Of a stretch of 64,000 nt of DNA, positions 37,472-47,920 are shown one piece after another. The position numbers were made by a program, and so were the translations under genes. The notes under the pieces were generated by a model, which had not been told where the DNA came from, made no database searches, and saw nothing but the letters and a program-made list of their open reading frames with translations. The stretch comes from Clostridia bacterium. GTDB taxonomy: Bacteria; Bacillota; Clostridia; Christensenellales; JBMNLC01. Every line of letters begins with the position of its first letter. Position 1 is the stretch's first letter. The stretch covers positions 231,992 to 295,991 of the forward strand of contig JBMNLC010000001.1 of assembly GCA_050952525.1 (NCBI GenBank), in the 5' to 3' direction.

Positions 37472-40162
37472 ATGAGTCATAAAATCCAGGACCTTTTAGA
37501 AAACAAAGGCGACAACTACATTCTCCCGTTTTTTTGGCAGCATGGTGAAGAGGAGGCCGTACTCCGGGAATACATGGGTGCTATACAGAATGCCGGCATT
37601 CATGCTGTTTGTGTAGAGGCACGTCCCCACCCCGATTATGCTGGACCACAGTGGTGGCATGATCTGGATATCATCATGGATGAGGCACGCAAGAGAAATA
37701 TGCATGTATGGGTTCTTGATGATGCTCATTTTCCCACAGGCTATGCAAATGGAAAGATCAAGGACGCAGATCCGGAACTATGCAAACAGTATGCGATGGT
37801 ATCTACCGCGGATGTGGGAGGCCCTATACGGTCATTGGAGATTGATATAGCCTCAATGGCCCAATATAAGCCTTCACCCTTTGGATCCAATACCTCCCCA
37901 TTCATGAGGAATGTGACCATCCGTACCTTTGATGATGACAAACTGCTGTGTGTAATCGCCTCAAAGCTGGTAGAAGGGCATGAAGTGGATGACAGCTTAC
38001 TGGACCTTACCGATAAGGTGGTGGATGGTAAGCTCTTATGGGACGTGCCCGCGGGTATATGGCGTATCTATGTGATATACAATACCCGCAACGGTGGCGG
38101 GAGAACCGATTATATCAACATCATCGATGAAGCCAGCTGCCGTGTGCAGATCGATGCCGTATACGAACCCCATTATGAGCGTTATAAGGACGACTTTGGT
38201 AAAACCTTTGCCGGCTTCTTCTCCGATGAACCCTTGTTCGGCAATACCCTTGGGTTTAACATGGATGAGTCCATCGGCAGGAAGATCATGCCCCTTCCCT
38301 GGAACAAGGATGTACCGGTCATGTTGGAGGAAGCCCTGGGAAAGGACTGGATGAGACTGCTTCCTGCTCTGTGGGCGGATGTAGGTGATGCGGCTCTGAC
38401 AGCAAGGGTACGTTATGCCTATATGGATGTAGTGACCCGGCTGGTGGAGAAGAATTTCAGCAACCAGATCGGCAAATGGTGCAAGGAGCGCGGTGTAGAG
38501 TACATCGGCCATATTATTGAGGACAACAACCAGGCCAGCCGCCTTGGCTGCAGCATCGGTCACTATTTCCGGGGTTTGGACGGCCAGCATATGGGTGGGA
38601 TCGATGATATCGGCGGGCAGGTCATGCCCGGCGGTGAAAACCACTACAGGCAAAGGACTTTTGGCGTGGATGGAGATGGAGAGTTCTACCACTTTGCCTT
38701 GGGCAAGCTGGGTTCATCCCATGGCCACATCGATCCCAAAAAGAAAGGCCGCTCCATGTGTGAAATCTATGGTGCATACGGCTGGAGTGAGACCATTTCC
38801 ATGATGAAATGGCTGACTGACCATTTTGTGGTCCGGGGGATCAACCACTATGTGCCCCATGCCTTTTCGCCGAAGGCTTTTCCCGACAGGGATTGCCCCC
38901 CTCATTTCTATGCCCATGGATTGAATCCCCAATACCGTCACTTTGGTCATCTGATGCGCTACCTGAACCGGCTGTGTCATTTGTTCAATGGAGGCATTCA
39001 TATCGCTCCAGTAGCCCTTTTGTACCATGCTGAGGCGGAATGGACCGGTCAATACATGTTCCTGCAAAAGCCCGCCCGCTACCTGATGGAAGGCCAGATT
39101 GACTTTGATATCCTCCCGTCCGACGTATTTGCGGATATGGATAAATTCAATACATCCTTTGACGGAAATCTTCTAGTGAACGGGGAGACCTACCGTACCC
39201 TGGTGGTTCCCTACAGTGAGTTTGTAACCACGGCTGTGGCTCAATTTGCTGCCAAGGCTTCCAAAGCAGGCTTCGAGGTGATATTTATCGATGGATTGCC
39301 GGAGGGGATCTGCGACGAAGCCGATCAGGAAAAGGCGGCTGCCCTTATAGAAGGCTTGGCGAGCTGCTCCGTTGTACCCTTAAAGGAGATCCCTTCCTAC
39401 CTAAGGAGCAAGGGCATTTATGATATCAGGACATCCCTCCCCTTTAAAGGACTGCGATACTATCGTTATAAGCAGGATAATGAACTCTTTATGTTCTTCA
39501 ATGAGGACGTGGGAGAAGCATTCTGTGGCAGTATCGATGTGCCTGTTGCCGGGAATGCGGTGATCTACGACGCCATGGAGAATGTACTACGCCCGGTATC
39601 AGCGGAGCCCATAGAGGGAGGGACCCGTTTATATCTGACTTTGGAGCCCTACCAATCCGTCGTGGTGGTATTCGGTGAGCTGCATGGGGACCTGAAGCCT
39701 GCTCCAACAGCGGAAGGCAGGAGGATGGTATTGGACGGAAGCTGGAATTTCTCTATCGCAAAATCTAAAGAATACCCGAACTTCCATGACCATCGTGTAT
39801 TGAACAAGCTGGAGAATGTAGGAGGCTTCCTGCCTGACTTTTCAGGTTTTATGCGCTATGAAAAGGAGTTTACCTTGGACAGCTGCCAGAATGTTTGTCT
39901 GGAGATCGAGAATGCATATGACGGCGTTGAAGTATGGGTCAATGAGAAATATGCCGGTATGGTCATTTGTCCCCCTTATCGCTTTGATATCAGCGGACTG
40001 GTACGCGAAGGGAAAAATACCCTGCGTATTGAGGTGGCCAATACCCTGGACCGCGAGGTGCGCACCATCCATGATGACAGCCTATTCGCAGCCTTCATAG
40101 GTGGTACCAGTGCCCTCGCGCCCTCCGGTATTGTCGGAGAGGTATCCCTATATATCAAGTAA
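37472..40162 (+). CDS. large glycoside hydrolase with C-terminal galactose-binding/jelly-roll domain (family uncertain)
   Basis: 896 aa with a good SD. The N-terminal TIM-barrel-like region has YILPFFWQHGE and WVLDDAHFPTGYANG. The C-terminal VEVWVNEKYAG..PPYRFDIS....GKNTLRIEVANTL is typical of GH2/GH106-type sugar-binding jelly rolls. Confidence 0.55.
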   Translation: MSHKIQDLLENKGDNYILPFFWQHGEEEAVLREYMGAIQNAGIHAVCVEARPHPDYAGPQWWHDLDIIMDEARKRNMHVWVLDDAHFPTGYANGKIKDADPELCKQYAMVSTADVGGPIRSLEIDIASMAQYKPSPFGSNTSPFMRNVTIRTFDDDKLLCVIASKLVEGHEVDDSLLDLTDKVVDGKLLWDVPAGIWRIYVIYNTRNGGGRTDYINIIDEASCRVQIDAVYEPHYERYKDDFGKTFAGFFSDEPLFGNTLGFNMDESIGRKIMPLPWNKDVPVMLEEALGKDWMRLLPALWADVGDAALTARVRYAYMDVVTRLVEKNFSNQIGKWCKERGVEYIGHIIEDNNQASRLGCSIGHYFRGLDGQHMGGIDDIGGQVMPGGENHYRQRTFGVDGDGEFYHFALGKLGSSHGHIDPKKKGRSMCEIYGAYGWSETISMMKWLTDHFVVRGINHYVPHAFSPKAFPDRDCPPHFYAHGLNPQYRHFGHLMRYLNRLCHLFNGGIHIAPVALLYHAEAEWTGQYMFLQKPARYLMEGQIDFDILPSDVFADMDKFNTSFDGNLLVNGETYRTLVVPYSEFVTTAVAQFAAKASKAGFEVIFIDGLPEGICDEADQEKAAALIEGLASCSVVPLKEIPSYLRSKGIYDIRTSLPFKGLRYYRYKQDNELFMFFNEDVGEAFCGSIDVPVAGNAVIYDAMENVLRPVSAEPIEGGTRLYLTLEPYQSVVVVFGELHGDLKPAPTAEGRRMVLDGSWNFSIAKSKEYPNFHDHRVLNKLENVGGFLPDFSGFMRYEKEFTLDSCQNVCLEIENAYDGVEVWVNEKYAGMVICPPYRFDISGLVREGKNTLRIEVANTLDREVRTIHDDSLFAAFIGGTSALAPSGIVGEVSLYIK

Positions 40163-40208
40163 AAGAATAAATAGGCTACATATTCAAATGTGGCAGGAGT
40201 GGATGGAT

Positions 40209-40244
40209 AAGTTGGGAAGCAACATAAATGGGGCTTCCCAACTT
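40209..40244. terminator. terminator hairpin between convergent genes
   Basis: AAGTTGGGAAGC / GCTTCCCAACTT is a 12-bp stem followed by TTCC. Confidence 0.6.
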
Positions 40245-40331
40245 TTCCTTATCATGTTCTGTTTACCGGCTTAATTTTTCCTGTAGCGATTCATGGGTAT
40301 AATTCGTGTCAAATGAGGAATCGTCTGGCAT

Positions 40332-40874
40332 TTAGTATCCATGATGCTCTTCAGCATCCTGTTTTGTTTTATGAACCGTTCCATGGGGATGGGCAGGTGG
40401 TGCATAAATCGAGTACAACTTAAGGGGTATACAGCCTGTGTTGATGACATTGTGCCATTTGCCTGCTGGGATAATGATCGCGCAATTCTCATACACATGC
40501 TGTTGATAATCCAACCTGTCTTTGCTATCGCCCATCATAACAAGCCCCTGGCCTTGTTCGACACGCAAGAATTGGTCGAAGTCAGGATGAATTTCCAAGC
40601 CGATGTCTTGCCCGACATTGATGCTCATTAAGGTAAGCTGCAAATGCTTACCCGTCCATAGAGCGGTACGAAAAGTATTGTTTTGCAAAGTGGCTTCCCT
40701 GATATCCACGACAAAGGGGTCCGGACCATAATCCTTCAATTGGATTGCTTTTCTCCAATAATCCGGGTGATACATCGGTGGGTTTGCCCAATAAGGATAG
40801 CCGTATGGGTTATACACCGGTGTCCTCATGTAGTAAGGATACGGATATAATCCATTATTATACATAGCCCTCAA
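40332..40874 (-). CDS. cupin domain protein with Tyr/Pro-rich N-terminal extension
   Basis: Cupin core (GLEIHPDFDQFLRVEQGQG....IIIPAGKWHNVINTG). The N-terminal ~45 aa are rich in Y/P/N (LYPYPYYMRTPVYNPYGYPYWANPPMYHPDYW). Confidence 0.65.
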   Translation of the reverse strand: MRAMYNNGLYPYPYYMRTPVYNPYGYPYWANPPMYHPDYWRKAIQLKDYGPDPFVVDIREATLQNNTFRTALWTGKHLQLTLMSINVGQDIGLEIHPDFDQFLRVEQGQGLVMMGDSKDRLDYQQHVYENCAIIIPAGKWHNVINTGCIPLKLYSIYAPPAHPHGTVHKTKQDAEEHHGY

Positions 40875-41131
40875 TCCTTTCCAAGACTTGTTAATAGTAT
40901 AATACGTTCTATTTTCTAAAAAGGTGATTCATTATACAGGAGCTATGTCTTGGGATCACACATCCTTCATGGGAACAACCGCAGAAACCCTTTTTATACT
41001 ACTTTTCTCTGTTTTATGCTAGAATAATGGTGGCAGTAGGTTCGTCATAAATTATCCTATCCCAAATGATACTGTGTATAGGTTGTTGAGATAAAGCTGT
41101 CCTGAAAAGAAAGATGCTTAGGAGGGATCAA

Positions 41132-42724
41132 ATGGGTACTTACGGAAAACCTGTCTTCGGTGTAGTGAAAGAAGCAAATCCGATAGTCACTACCACCCAT
41201 GGCAAGGTATTAGGTGAAATTCGTGACGGGGTTGCTATTTTCCGCGGCATTCCCTATGGAGGAGATTGTGACGGAGATCGCCGATTTCTGCCCCCCGTCC
41301 CGGCTGAGAATTGGGAAGGTGTCCGGGATTGTACAAAAAACGGGTTTTACGCCGTACAGTTGGGAACCAGCATCTCCGGTTCCGAGGGACTTGGCCCCTA
41401 CTTCAGCGGTGGCAAGCCGGAGCTTTTTGGTGTTGCGGAGGAGAAGCAGGGTGAAAATTGTCTTGTGCTGAATGTGGTTACCCCAGGTATAGACGACAAG
41501 AGGCATCCTGTGCTGGTCTACATCCACGGCGGTGGTTTTGCTACCGGTTCCGGTACCTTGGTGCTGGGTGCCGATCCCTTAGCCCGTGAAGAGGGTATTG
41601 TAATCGTCGGCATCAATCACCGTCTCAATGCATTCGGCTACCTGTACCTGGGTGCCTTTGACAGGAAGTATGCGGAGTCGGGGATGGCGGGAATGCTTGA
41701 CCTGGTGCTTGCCCTTGAATGGGTGCGTGACAATATCACAGCCTTTGGAGGCGACCCGGAAAGGATCACCATCATGGGCGAGTCCGGTGGCGGGATGAAG
41801 GTAAGTACCCTCCTAGCCATGAAAAGGGCAAAGGGCCTTTTTCATAGAGCCATTGTTGAGAGCGGCTCCCATGTTGTAGGCAGAACGAGTATGGAGGAGG
41901 CTACGGAAATCGCCAAGGAGTTCCTGGACAAGTTGGGGATTGGTCTCCATGAGCTGGATAAGCTGGTCCGCATTCCTGCCCAGGACATCCTGGAGGCTAC
42001 CAAGGGTGGCAGCCCTATGGGTATGGCGATGAAATTCAGCCCGGTGGCGGATGGGATCAATCTGGACTACAACCCACTGAACGAATTCACAGTGCCTGAG
42101 GTTTCCTCTGACATTCCTCTGATGGTAGGTTCGTCCGAGGATGAAATGGCTGTCTTCACGCCTCCTTCAGTCTTTGAAATGGGATGGGATGATCTGCGAG
42201 ATGCCCTCCTAAACTATTCCGGAGATTTTCTGGGTCTTGCTGCAGGTTCCATATTTACGGAAGAAAATGTGGATAGGGTTATTCAGGTATTCAAGGATAC
42301 TGACAGGAAGAACAATTCAGCGGATCATCTCTACCTCAAGATCATCTCCCTGTCCAGCTTCCTGGGAGGCGGTGCCTTCTATCAGGCCCAGGCCAAGGCA
42401 AAGCAGGGCACTGCTCCGGTATATCACTACCTAGTATCCTACGATGCGCCCCACCCAATGGTGGAAGGAAGGAGATTCGCGTGGCATACCGCCGATTTAC
42501 CCCTCCAGATGCGCATTGTGCTTTGTCCGGAATCTGAGAAGATTTCCCGGATCATGGCTCATGCATGGGCCGCATTTATACGCACGGGAGATCCTTCCAC
42601 AGAAGACTTTGCTTGGCCGGAATTTACCTTGGAGAACAGGAAGGTCATGGTATTCGATGATGTGTGCAGAGTGGAGACCGATCCACTCAGGGAAATCCGG
42701 GAGGTCCTAGAAAGCCTCCGATGA
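41132..42724 (+). CDS. type-B carboxylesterase/lipase (para-nitrobenzyl esterase-like)
   Basis: FRGIPYG, ENCLVLNVVTP, PVLVYIHGGGFATGSG and the nucleophile elbow GESGGG. Confidence 0.85.
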   Translation: MGTYGKPVFGVVKEANPIVTTTHGKVLGEIRDGVAIFRGIPYGGDCDGDRRFLPPVPAENWEGVRDCTKNGFYAVQLGTSISGSEGLGPYFSGGKPELFGVAEEKQGENCLVLNVVTPGIDDKRHPVLVYIHGGGFATGSGTLVLGADPLAREEGIVIVGINHRLNAFGYLYLGAFDRKYAESGMAGMLDLVLALEWVRDNITAFGGDPERITIMGESGGGMKVSTLLAMKRAKGLFHRAIVESGSHVVGRTSMEEATEIAKEFLDKLGIGLHELDKLVRIPAQDILEATKGGSPMGMAMKFSPVADGINLDYNPLNEFTVPEVSSDIPLMVGSSEDEMAVFTPPSVFEMGWDDLRDALLNYSGDFLGLAAGSIFTEENVDRVIQVFKDTDRKNNSADHLYLKIISLSSFLGGGAFYQAQAKAKQGTAPVYHYLVSYDAPHPMVEGRRFAWHTADLPLQMRIVLCPESEKISRIMAHAWAAFIRTGDPSTEDFAWPEFTLENRKVMVFDDVCRVETDPLREIREVLESLR

Positions 42725-42807
42725 GGAGAGAAGAGACTATCTTATTTTAGATGTTTCTGGCTTGTTCCGGAGGATTTTCCCTCAGGTTTGCAGTTATCTA
42801 TCATCGT

Positions 42808-43728
42808 ATGGAGGTGTCAAAATTGAAGAAAAGTTTTGAGCAGCATATGGAGGAAATCCGCAGAATGCATCAGGAGATGAGGAAGATCTTCGATTCCCGT
42901 CCCATTACCGGGGAGCGTATCTTGATCCCCAGGGATGGTCTGGAGGGGGTAGACGTAATTATCTACAGGCCGAAGCAGCCTGAAAGGGATAGGATGCCGG
43001 TATTGTTCAATATGCATGGTGGGGCTTTTGTGGGCGGGGATGCGGTCCTCATGGATTCCTTCTGCCGAAAGGTGGCCGACTGCCTATCCATGCTTGTAGT
43101 GAATATTAACTATAAAAAAGCACCGGAGTACCCATTTCCCTATGCAGTGGCGGAAGTCGCCGATACAATTGAGTATTTTACTGTCCATGCAGATGATTAC
43201 AAGATCAACCCGGAACGAATGGCAGTAGGTGGATTCTCTGCAGGAGCATCCCTGGCGGCCGGTGCGGCACTGAAAACAAAGGAGGATGGAAGGGTATCCC
43301 TGGCCTGTCAGCTCTTGGTGTATCCTGTGACGAATCTCTATTCGACATTGAATACGGAGAAATCAGATGATGAATCCCTGGCTTATAAGTACATGGTAAA
43401 AGCATATTGTCAGAATGACGATGCAGATCATATATGGGCTTCCCCCCTTCTAGGCAGTCAGGGGGAGTTATCTGGAGTATGCCCGGCTATTTTCATTACC
43501 TGTGGCTTGGACAGCCTTAGAGAGCAAGGTGAGGCTTATGCAAAGAGGCTGATTGACTGCGGTGTGCCCGTCAGCGTCATGAGGTATCAAAATGCATTAC
43601 ACGGATTTGTAGAGGTAAACCGTCCGGATTATTTCGCGGAGGATAATCGTAAAACTCCCGAACAGGCGGATCTGACAGAGAAAGCAGAGCACTATATCCT
43701 GCAGGCTCTGAACATGTATTTATCCTGA
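42808..43728 (+). CDS. alpha/beta hydrolase, hormone-sensitive-lipase-type esterase
   Basis: HGGAF oxyanion motif, GFSAGA nucleophile elbow, and a late HGF. The start could be TTG 42823. Confidence 0.8.
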   Translation: MEVSKLKKSFEQHMEEIRRMHQEMRKIFDSRPITGERILIPRDGLEGVDVIIYRPKQPERDRMPVLFNMHGGAFVGGDAVLMDSFCRKVADCLSMLVVNINYKKAPEYPFPYAVAEVADTIEYFTVHADDYKINPERMAVGGFSAGASLAAGAALKTKEDGRVSLACQLLVYPVTNLYSTLNTEKSDDESLAYKYMVKAYCQNDDADHIWASPLLGSQGELSGVCPAIFITCGLDSLREQGEAYAKRLIDCGVPVSVMRYQNALHGFVEVNRPDYFAEDNRKTPEQADLTEKAEHYILQALNMYLS

Positions 43729-43752
43729 TACGAAGCTTAAAAGGAGAATGTG

Positions 43753-45231
43753 ATGCAAACGATTAAAATTAATTCAAAGGATAATGTAGCTGTAGCCCTG
43801 CATCCCATGGCCAAAGGGAATGGAATTGATGCAGATGATATTGGGATTGCCGTTTTGGAGGATATCCCCCAGGGGCATAAGATAGCACTCAAGGCTATCG
43901 CCAAGGGCGAAAACATCATTAAGTATGGCTTTGCTATCGGCTATGCCACTGCCGATATCCCTCCCGGTGCCTGGGTGCACACCCATAATATGGATACAAA
44001 CCTGAATGGTGAGGTAGAATATACATACAACCCCAATATACCGAAGCTTACTGCCGTGGAACCAGAGCTCTTTATGGGGTATAAGCGGCTGGATGGTCGG
44101 GCGGCCATCCGTAATGAGATTTGGATCATTCCTACCGTTGGCTGTGTCAACGACATTGCAAAAAAGATGGTGGCTGATAACCAGGATTTGGTATCCGACA
44201 CCGTTGACGGGTTGTACGCTTTCACCCACCCCTTTGGCTGTAGTCAGACCGGTCGTGATCATGCTCAGACCCGCAAACTGCTGGCGGCTCTGGCGCGTCA
44301 TCCTAACGCGGCTTCCGTTCTGGTATTAAGCCTGGGCTGCGAGAATCTGACACAGGAGCAGTTCAAAGATGAGTTAGGAGCGTATGATCCCGATCGTATA
44401 AAGTTTCTGATCTGTCAAGAGGTGAAGGATGAGTTTTCAGCAGGTAGGGCGCTGCTGGAGGAATGTGCCCATTATGCCCGCCGCTTCAGCCGCGAACCCA
44501 TTGCCGTCAGTGAGCTGATCGTGGGTTTGAAGTGTGGCGGCAGCGATGGATTATCCGGTATTACGGCCAACCCTGTTGTAGGGCTCTTCAGCGATATGAT
44601 GGTGGCACGGGGAGGAAGCACCGTGCTGACTGAGGTGCCGGAAATGTTCGGTGCAGAAGGCTTTTTAATGGATCGATGCATCAATGAAGAAGTCTTTATG
44701 AAGGCAGTCGATATGATGAACGGATTTAAGCGATACTTCATCAGCCATAACGAGGTGGTGTATGAAAACCCCAGTCCCGGGAATCGACAAGGCGGAATTA
44801 CAACCCTGGAGGATAAGAGCTGTGGCTGTGTGCAAAAGGGTGGCACCGCCCCCATTGTGGATGTGATTGGGTATGGAGATACTGTAGTGACCAAAGGTTT
44901 GAATTTGTTGTATGGACCTGGCAACGACCTTGTATCATCCACGGCTTTGGCTGCAGCCGGCGCCCATCTGATTCTGTTTACTACCGGGCGGGGTACTCCT
45001 TTTGGTGCGCCTGTTCCTACTTTGAAAATCGCTACCAATACTCAATTGGCTGAGAGGAAAAGGAATTGGATTGATTTCAATGCGGGAACAGTAGTGGATG
45101 GGGAGCCAATTCCGGATGTTGCTCAGCGCTTGCTGGACCTGGTGATTGAAGTGGCCGGCGGGAAAAGGACCAGAAATGAAGAGAAGGACTTTCGGGAGAT
45201 TTCGATTTTTAAGGAAGGAGTTGTGCTGTGA
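43753..45231 (+). CDS. uxaA: altronate dehydratase (UxaA family hydro-lyase)
   Basis: N-terminal SAF-like domain (IKINSKDNVAVAL...IPQGHKIAL..I..GENIIKYG..IG.A...I..GAWVHTHN) followed by the large UxaA C-terminal domain. Confidence 0.85.
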   Translation: MQTIKINSKDNVAVALHPMAKGNGIDADDIGIAVLEDIPQGHKIALKAIAKGENIIKYGFAIGYATADIPPGAWVHTHNMDTNLNGEVEYTYNPNIPKLTAVEPELFMGYKRLDGRAAIRNEIWIIPTVGCVNDIAKKMVADNQDLVSDTVDGLYAFTHPFGCSQTGRDHAQTRKLLAALARHPNAASVLVLSLGCENLTQEQFKDELGAYDPDRIKFLICQEVKDEFSAGRALLEECAHYARRFSREPIAVSELIVGLKCGGSDGLSGITANPVVGLFSDMMVARGGSTVLTEVPEMFGAEGFLMDRCINEEVFMKAVDMMNGFKRYFISHNEVVYENPSPGNRQGGITTLEDKSCGCVQKGGTAPIVDVIGYGDTVVTKGLNLLYGPGNDLVSSTALAAAGAHLILFTTGRGTPFGAPVPTLKIATNTQLAERKRNWIDFNAGTVVDGEPIPDVAQRLLDLVIEVAGGKRTRNEEKDFREISIFKEGVVL

Positions 45232-45272
45232 GTCAGGGGACCGTTTCTGACCCGCCAACTTAGGATGGGAGT

Positions 45273-45851
45273 GTGAATGATATCAGAACGTTTGTTGGAA
45301 TTGATTTTGACAGGGAGTTAAAAGAAGGGATATACGAGCTTCAGCAGAGACTGAAGCAATATGCAGTGAAAGGGAGATGGAAGCATATCGATAATTTTCA
45401 CCTTACCCTGAAGTTTCTGGGTGAAATCCATCCATTCCAAAAGGTACAGATCGATGACGCCATTCGAAATGTCTGTATCGGCAGGAAGCCATTTCAACTG
45501 GAAGTTTCGAAGATCGGGATGTTCAATGGGAGAAACTCCATCCGGGTGTTGTGGTTGGGATTAGGCGGTGATATTCAGGAGCTTCATACATTGCAAAAGG
45601 AGATAGACAGAGCATTAGCTTCTATTGGCTTTCCTCCGGAGCAAAGACGGTTTAGACCCCATATTACCATTGGACAGGATATTGTTTTCGAGCGGGACTT
45701 TGACCGGATTCAGGATGAAATAGGAAAGCCGGATTTCAACTTGGTCAAGGTAGACAGGCTTTTCTTATTTAAGAGTGAGCAGATCCGTAATAAACGGGTT
45801 TATACCAAGGTATCAGAGTATGAGTTTTATGACATGGATGTAGTTCGCTAG
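45273..45851 (+). CDS. thpR: RNA 2',3'-cyclic phosphodiesterase (2H phosphoesterase, ThpR/LigT)
   Basis: Two HxTx motifs: HLTLKFLG and HITIGQ. Confidence 0.8.
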   Translation: MNDIRTFVGIDFDRELKEGIYELQQRLKQYAVKGRWKHIDNFHLTLKFLGEIHPFQKVQIDDAIRNVCIGRKPFQLEVSKIGMFNGRNSIRVLWLGLGGDIQELHTLQKEIDRALASIGFPPEQRRFRPHITIGQDIVFERDFDRIQDEIGKPDFNLVKVDRLFLFKSEQIRNKRVYTKVSEYEFYDMDVVR

Positions 45852-45915
45852 CATGATTATCAAAAAAGCTATGCAGTTATCTTAATTATATGGAAAAGAT
45901 GCATGGAATGACGAT

Positions 45916-46848
45916 GTGAAATGGCTTGACAAATGGTATCATACCTTGGATTATGAGATGAAAAAAATCTTCGGTCAAAAAGTCATCAAGCTTTCCTTGG
46001 ATGGCGGTTTTACATGCCCCAACAGGGATGGGAGAATAAGCAGCAGAGGATGTATTTTTTGTAGTGAGAAGGGCGCAGGCGATTTTGCCGGAAGCAGGGA
46101 TCAAAATATCTTGGAGCAGATGGCTCAACAAAAGCAGCTGCTGTCCAAAAAATGGTCTAAGGCCAAGTACATTGCCTATTTTCAAAGCTTTACCAATACC
46201 TATGCCCCTGTTGAGAAGCTTAGGATGCAATACGAAACTGCTTTGTCCGCTGAGAATGTCGTGGGATTGGCCATAGCCACAAGACCTGATTGCCTGCCGC
46301 CCGATGTGTTGACACTGCTTCGTGAAATGGCAGACAGAACCTTTCTTTGGCTCGAGCTTGGTCTCCAAACAATCCATCCCAAGACTGCCACCTTTATCCG
46401 AAGGGGCTATGATTTGCAATGCTTTATAGAAGCAATGAACAGGCTTAAGAAGCTCAATATTCGGGTTGTGGTGCACCTCATTGTCGGGCTGCCCGGTGAG
46501 AGCAGAGATGATATTTTGGAAACGGTACGATTTGTAGCATCATTGGGAGTATGGGGTGTGAAGCTGCATATGCTGTATATCCAGAGGGATACGGACCTTT
46601 ATGAATACTACTGCGCCCACCCCTTTCCCTTGCTTGGCTATGATGAATACATCGCCTTGATTGCGGATTCCCTGGAGCTTTTGCCCCCTGAAACAGTGGT
46701 GCACCGGGTGACAGGGGATGGGGCCAGGAAGCTGCTGGCGGCACCTCTGTGGAGCCTGAATAAGCCCAGAGTATTAGCAGGTATCGACCGAGAGCTGCGG
46801 GAAAGGGGCAGCTATCAAGGGTGCAAATGGAAGACAGGATCAGCTTGA
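45916..46848 (+). CDS. TIGR01212-family radical SAM protein
   Basis: FGQKVIKLSLDGGFTCPNRDGRISSRGCIFC matches the characteristic N-terminus of this family. Confidence 0.8.
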   Translation: MKWLDKWYHTLDYEMKKIFGQKVIKLSLDGGFTCPNRDGRISSRGCIFCSEKGAGDFAGSRDQNILEQMAQQKQLLSKKWSKAKYIAYFQSFTNTYAPVEKLRMQYETALSAENVVGLAIATRPDCLPPDVLTLLREMADRTFLWLELGLQTIHPKTATFIRRGYDLQCFIEAMNRLKKLNIRVVVHLIVGLPGESRDDILETVRFVASLGVWGVKLHMLYIQRDTDLYEYYCAHPFPLLGYDEYIALIADSLELLPPETVVHRVTGDGARKLLAAPLWSLNKPRVLAGIDRELRERGSYQGCKWKTGSA

Positions 46849-46874
46849 GGAGCAATACAATGCAAATAGTGAGG

Positions 46875-47774
46875 TTATACAGTCTTTTTGTTACGAGCAA
46901 TGCCGCAAGATACTTTGGATTTTAGCTTTATCTCGTTGAGTAGGGTAAAGCCCAAAATCATGATCCCCCCGATTACCTGTGCAGGGGTTATGGGTTCATT
47001 TAGAATCGCTACTGAAATCACTACTGCTACAAAGGGATCGATATAGCTTAAAATGGCCGCTTCCTGACCGTCCAGATCCTTCAGGGATGAGAAATACAGG
47101 ACATAGCTTATCCCTGTATGAACAAGCCCGAGGGTCAGGAGGTTTAGCATCCCAATAAAATCTAGCGTTGCTATCCCTATCCCCGTTGTAGCCATTACGT
47201 AAGGCATCAGTATAAGGATAGCAGCAAAAAACTGTATAAGGGTTCTATCCGTACCTGTAACCCTTTTTATATACTTATTTAATATCACTACAAGGGCATA
47301 GAGAGCTGCTGCACCAAGGCCGAATCCAATACCCATCATGCCCTTGCCTGATTTTCCCATACCATTCACACCAATGATCAAAACAAGTCCTACGGTTGCC
47401 ATAACAAAGCATAGGATCTGCTTCATGGTAGGCTTCTCTTTAAACAGGAAGGGGGACACTGCCATCACAATGACAGGTGCAAAATAATAGCTTAAAGTGG
47501 CAATTGAAACGGTTGTATACCGGTATGCCTGGAAGAGTAAAATCCAGTTGAAGCCCATGGCGGCACCTGAAAGGAAAAGGATGGGGATATCATCCTTTAT
47601 ATCTGAGAAGGGTATTTTCTTCCCCGATACATACTTCCACAGGATGATAGCCAAAGAGGCTATAATAGCTCGAAAAAGTGAAATCTCTCCCGAGGAGAGG
47701 GGAATATTTTTAACGAAAATTGGGATGGTTCCGAATACAACCATGGCCAAGATGATTTTTAGCTTTGCTTGCAT
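46875..47774 (-). CDS. DMT-superfamily (EamA) transporter
   Basis: 299 aa, 10-TM profile, two EamA-like halves. Confidence 0.8.
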   Translation of the reverse strand: MQAKLKIILAMVVFGTIPIFVKNIPLSSGEISLFRAIIASLAIILWKYVSGKKIPFSDIKDDIPILFLSGAAMGFNWILLFQAYRYTTVSIATLSYYFAPVIVMAVSPFLFKEKPTMKQILCFVMATVGLVLIIGVNGMGKSGKGMMGIGFGLGAAALYALVVILNKYIKRVTGTDRTLIQFFAAILILMPYVMATTGIGIATLDFIGMLNLLTLGLVHTGISYVLYFSSLKDLDGQEAAILSYIDPFVAVVISVAILNEPITPAQVIGGIMILGFTLLNEIKLKSKVSCGIARNKKTV

Positions 47775-47920
47775 GATCCATTCTCCTTATTTGTTGTGAA
47801 TGATTTTGTGAATGAGCTTCATCAAGCTTCTGATTTCTTATTATATGCTGGAAGCTATAATCAGACAAGGTCCCCGTCCCCTTGTCTGGTTTCGCTTTAT
47901 TGAAATGGAGGGTCAGTAAC

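Noticed and set aside
38036-38692. 218-aa minus-strand ORF, plus many 60-190-aa ORFs antisense to or overlapping 345-4580, 37472-45231 and 18067-19056.
   Set aside because: They lie inside well-supported genes on the other strand or frame in the G+C-richer segments. They have odd composition (Arg/Pro/Gly/Ser/Cys-rich) and no SD. They are shadow ORFs.
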